Assembly: GCA_048213135.1 (NCBI GenBank)
Contig: PS015439.1
Coordinates: 44,356-64,355 of the forward strand
Direction of reading: 5' to 3'
Origin: Reclinomonas americana ATCC 50394
Taxonomy: Eukaryota
DNA length: 20,000 nucleotides
Each line of letters opens with the position of its first letter. Position 1 is the first letter of the stretch. The notes beneath the pieces are model-generated. The model was not told the DNA's origin, searched no databases, and saw only the letters and a program-made list of their open reading frames with translations. Below, in pieces: positions 16,301 to 20,000 of this stretch. Both the position numbers and the translations under genes were made by a program.

Positions 16301-19300
16301 AAGACTCTGACAGCAGTTGGCGTCGGTGGCCGACAACACTCCAATCAAAGCATTCTGCAAACTACGTGGAGCATAGAATGTTGTCGACAGCGCCAGGTTT
16401 GCTGGTGGCACGTTGGCTGCAGAACAAATACAATCAGTGGATAGCAGGCGCGTAGAATCACGTGCAACTGAGAATACCTTCGTTGATGCTGTGCGCGGAG
16501 AGAGAGAGAGACACACGGAGACGCACGTTGAGAAACAAAAGATAGATGCAAGAATCAAAATGAGAACCACAAATCTCCGCGACAGCACACGCACGTAAAT
16601 GTTGTCTGCAGAGTTCCACCACGACCGTCGGATACTTCGATGCGGATGCGCAGGTTGTTGCCAGTCTGCCCGGCCAGTGCCAGCGATAGCGTCGACCCGC
16701 TGAGCACAAACAGCGACTCGTTGAAGCCGGCGACAACCGTGTACGTGTATGAGCCCAGCGTGTTGGCGTCGACGGCGGTGAGCGAGCCCACCACCACTCC
16801 GGCGGTGGGAGTTGGCGGCACATATGTGTTGGAGCTTAGCACCAATGCCGACGGCGGCACATTCACTGTGCGTACGGACGAGTGAGATGACATACAACAG
16901 GCATGATCGACAGAGATGTGGGACCTTCAGTGATGGTGAACAGCTTGCGGACCCAGGCACCGGCCGCGTCGGTCGACTGCACTTCGACCTGCAGTGGATC
17001 ACCACGAGAGTTTGCGGCGCTCAGTCGTAGTTGTGTGCCGTTGATGTTGAACATGGCAGAGTGCGGGCCGCCAGAGATTGCTGCATTGACATTGACAAGA
17101 TCACGATCATGTCAGTCTCAAATCACAGATGGTCACCCCACACAATTGCAATCCATGCACGCAGCAGTAGGTGAATGTGTCACCAGTATTGATGTCCAAC
17201 GTGGTGAAGAAGCCCACCACCACATTCGCACTCGAGGTCGGTGGAATGTATGTCGTGCCCCACAAAATAATGTCACTTGGTGCCACGTTGACTGCAGTCG
17301 ACCAATCACCCATCAGTCAGTAAGGCACACTTTGCAGTGTACGAGCTCGTCGGTCATTTCCGCAACACACACCTTCGTTGACAGTAAACGTGCGGTCCAA
17401 TGAGGAAAATCCATCAGAGACACGAATGGTGACCAGCAATCCAGTGCCCGACAAGCCACCGGGAACATTGGCAAGCAAGTCGGTGCCGGAGACCGCAAAC
17501 AGACCCTGGTTTGCGCCTCCAACACTGCATGATAGAGGGGATCAGCCGGCAGGCACACGAGAAGGTAAGCAGCAAAGAAAACACGGCTGGTCGTTGCGCA
17601 ACATGGAGTAGGTGTGTGACTGACAACAGTTGGCGTCGATCACAAACAGAGAGCCAATAACTGATCCCTGTGCCGCTGGCGGCACGTACGTGGATGGCGA
17701 CAGCAGAAGATCACTCGGCGGCACATTAGCTGCGCAACAAGAAGTGAACCACACGCGCAGCAGATGTGCTAACCCACCGCCGGCAACACCAACCTTCAGT
17801 GATGGTCAGTGTCTGGTCGACAGAGCCGCCCGCGCCGTCGTCGGCGTGCACAATCACGGTGAGAGGCGACGTGTTGAGAGTGGCAGCTGCAACCACCAGC
17901 TGGTCTCCCGACACGGAGAACTTGCTGGCATCAGGTCCACCAACACTGACAAAGAAGACTTGCGTGAGAACGAGATCGCAGGACGCGCCAGCTCAACGGT
18001 GAACGCACATGGAATAGGTGAACGATTGACAGCAATTGGCATCCACAGCCGCCAGCGTGCCAACGACCGTGCCCAACGGTGACGGCGGTGTGTATGTCAT
18101 CGACGACAAGGTCACCGCCGTCGGTGCCACATTGGCCTCGTCCAGCACAAATGTCTGGTCTCGAACACCACCTGCGCCGTCATCGACACGCACAACAATG
18201 CTCAGACTGTTGCCGGTGAGCGGGCCGCCACTGCTGTCGACCACCAGTTGGTTTCCAGAGATACTGAATCGAGACGCAGCAGCGCCACCAACAATCGAGT
18301 AGGTCATGCTCTGACAGCAGTTTGCGTCCCTGTGGTGGCGTGCAGAGTGAGGATTACACGAACCCCAGATGGACCATGAGCAATCATGAGTGCAAACGCA
18401 CGTGGTCGAGAGCGTGGCAACGACGGTGCCAACGGGTGCGGGTACCGGCGAGTACGTGGTGGTGGAGAGTGCCAGTGCGGACGGAGGCACATTGGCTAGC
18501 GACAGACTAGATGAGCGACACAGACACAAGAAGGCAGAGAAGCACATGCACGCACCTTCGTTGACGGTAAACGTCTTGTCAAAGTGCGCGCCAGACGGAT
18601 CACTGACTCGGACGGTGACTTGCAAATTGTTGCCCTGCTGGCCTGCGTTGCGGAGTACTAACTGCGAGCCGACAATGTCGAAGAGAGCACTATTCGCACC
18701 ACCGACGATAGACAGTGACAGTGCGTCGTTCGCATTGCCATCGACACCAGTGATTGTGCCCACCACCGTATTGGCAGCGGGTGTGGGTGGTGCGTAGGCC
18801 GACGAGGATAAAAGTACGTCGGTCGGGGTCACGGGCACTGCAAGCGACCGAGAGAGTGAGCAGCGACTCTCTCTGCAAACACCAAATATCGTCACTCACC
18901 GTCGTTGATGGTAAAGAACTTGGCCAGCGTTTGTCCACTGGCATTGGTTGACAGCACCTGCACTTGCAGACCGGTACCTCGCTGTCCCGCAGCTCGAATT
19001 ACCAGTTGATCCCCAATGACCGAGAACACAGCAGCATCGGTTCCGCCCACCACGGCGTAGGTGTAGGGTGAAGAGGCAGATGTGTCGGTTGTGGAGAGCG
19101 TGCCAATCACCGTATTCGCGGTCGAGGTCGGTGGCGTGTAGGTGGTCGAGGATNNNNNNNNNNNNNNNNNNNNNNNNNNNNNNNNNNNNNNNNNNNNNNN
19201 NNNNNNNNNNNNNNNNNNNNNNNNNNNNNNNNNNNNNNNNNNNNNNNNNNNNNNNNNNNNNNNNNNNNNNNNNNNNNNNNNNNNNNNNNNNNNNNNNNNN

Positions 19301-20000
19301 NNNNNNNNNNNNNNNNNNNNNNNNNNNNNNNNNNNNNNNNNNNNNNNNNNNNNNNNNNNNNNNNNNNNNNNNNNNNNNNNNNNNNNNNNNNNNNNNNNNN
19401 NNNNNNNNNNNNNNNNNNNNNNNNAAACGACAAGTTGTGCGAGTGTATGTGTGTGTGAATGAACACCTTCGCTGATGACAAATGAACTTGTGGTTGAGCC
19501 ACCGGCGCCGTCGCTGACCGTCACTGTTACTTGCAGGCCGTTGCCAGTGAGACTGGCCACGTTGGCACGGAGACTGTTGCCGCTGATATTGAACATGGAC
19601 TGATTGGCGCCTCCGGTGACGGCGTACGTCAGCGTTTGACCCGTGTTCACGTCGCTTGCCGAGAGCAGGCCAATGACACCGTTGAGTGCCAGCGGAGGAA
19701 TGTACACGTTGGTCGAGAGGGTGGGAGCAGTTGGAGGCACATTGGCTGCGATTCACGTGAGTATGGCAAACATGATACGCACAATGGCAGTGCGAGTCAC
19801 CTTCGTTGATGAGGAAAGTGCTCGAGTTGCTGCCACCAGCGCCGTCGGAGACAGTGACCGTGACTTGCAGGCCGCTGCCGGTGAGGCCCGCGACAGCAGA
19901 GACAAGATCGGAACCGACCAGAGAGAAGGAGGCCTGCGCGCTACCGCCGGTGATGGTGAACGACAGCGTCTGCCCAGTGTTCACATCGGTGGCGGCGATT
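7395..20000 (-). CDS. Giant extracellular/cell-surface protein: about 23 tandem cadherin-like repeats, then six IPT/TIG-like repeats and two further Ig-like modules; both termini missing
   Basis: 42 inferred introns join exons into one frame, apart from three gaps and one ambiguous base near 12078. Exons include 20000-19801, 19745-19467, 18837-18556, 18495-18402, 18329-18009, 17945-17794, 17729-17603, 17524-17373, 17291-17166, 17080-16925, 16865-16595, 16488-16478, 16416-16259, 16194-16138, 16074-16002, 15943-15380, 15308-15182, 15108-14957, 14875-14594, 14529-14248, 13180-12902, 12837-12605, 11880-11648, 11430-11149, 11000-10707, 10623-10399, 10337-10269, 10208-10050, 9987-9823, 9753-9516, 9445-9372, 9298-8945, 8876-8523, 8454-8267, 8204-8030, 7960-7676, 7568-7395. 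Confidence 0.88.
8030..10623 (-). repeat. Six IPT/TIG-like Ig-fold repeats, each with two conserved Cys
   Basis: Each unit has P...T(V/I)xGxNL...C...(Y/L)x(V/L/M)C, e.g. FTVVGTNL..APC..YIVCF; ITVQGNGL..TTC..LRMCI; VQLVGAHL..TTC..YKVCI; VVPGLFL..SSC..LQLCI; TISGINL..VDC..YHVCM; TVMGVNL..DSC..LQLCV. Confidence 0.6.
11441..11492. repeat. Imperfect 25/27-nt tandem duplication inside an intron
   Basis: agcggtgaggaaaaggaaatgtaac followed by agcggtgaggaaaaagggagatgtaac. Confidence 0.85.
12094..12375. other. Assembly gap (N run)
   Basis: N bases. Confidence 1.
13480..13943. other. Assembly gap (N run)
   Basis: N bases. Confidence 1.
16478..16488 (-). CDS. 11-nt micro-exon of the cadherin-repeat gene
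   Basis: cgcacag|C ATC AAC GAA G|gtattc restores the consensus ...TFT-INE-ANVPP between introns 16594-16489 and 16477-16417. Confidence 0.8.
19154..19424. other. Assembly gap (N run)
   Basis: N bases. Confidence 1.

Larger units (their letters stand above)
10707..20000 (-). repeat. Tandem array of cadherin-like protein repeats (about 93-95 aa each; about 23 visible)
   Basis: Consensus ANVPPTxxxLSSxTYxPPxxxxxxVVGTLSAVDxNxxxTFTYSIVGGAxxxLFxIxGNQLxxxxAGQxGxxLxVxVRxTDxxGxxxxxxFxIxE. It follows the cadherin pattern (VGTLxAxD, TYSI, F.I, VRATD.G). Confidence 0.85.

Noticed and set aside
7429-19809. Many plus-strand ORFs of 60-200 aa over the giant gene
   Set aside because: Antisense shadows of GC-rich coding exons, with no independent splice or domain signal.
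10707-20000. CRISPR-like or mobile-element interpretation of the ~350-nt periodicity
   Set aside because: The periodicity is one protein domain plus one intron. Similarity is at protein level with synonymous divergence, and there are no identical direct repeats, terminal repeats or transposase.

Overview
This is eukaryotic, intron-dense genomic DNA, probably from a protist, with most introns about 55-90 nt and five N-gaps. I reconstructed the spliced gene models by hand from reading-frame continuity and repeat homology. There are four genes: (1) the 3' end of a Prp24/SART3-like RRM gene (+, ends 809); (2) a multi-exon coiled-coil gene of unknown function (-, 958 to at least 5404); (3) the first exon of a low-complexity gene (+, 6149); (4) more than 12.6 kb of a giant surface-protein gene (-, 7395 to >20000). 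Gene 4 has about 23 degenerate cadherin-like repeats, six two-Cys IPT/TIG-like repeats and two further Ig-like modules. The strongest signal is in the splice code. Of 62 inferred 5' splice sites, 17 carry the donor motif displaced by one base (GTTGCG x13, GTTTCG x2, GTTGAG, GCTGCG, against the normal GTGCG/GTGAG). Sixteen of these 17 follow an exon that does not end in G, which suggests routine use of a +1-shifted U1 pairing register. No transcript data were available, so all exon boundaries are inferred.
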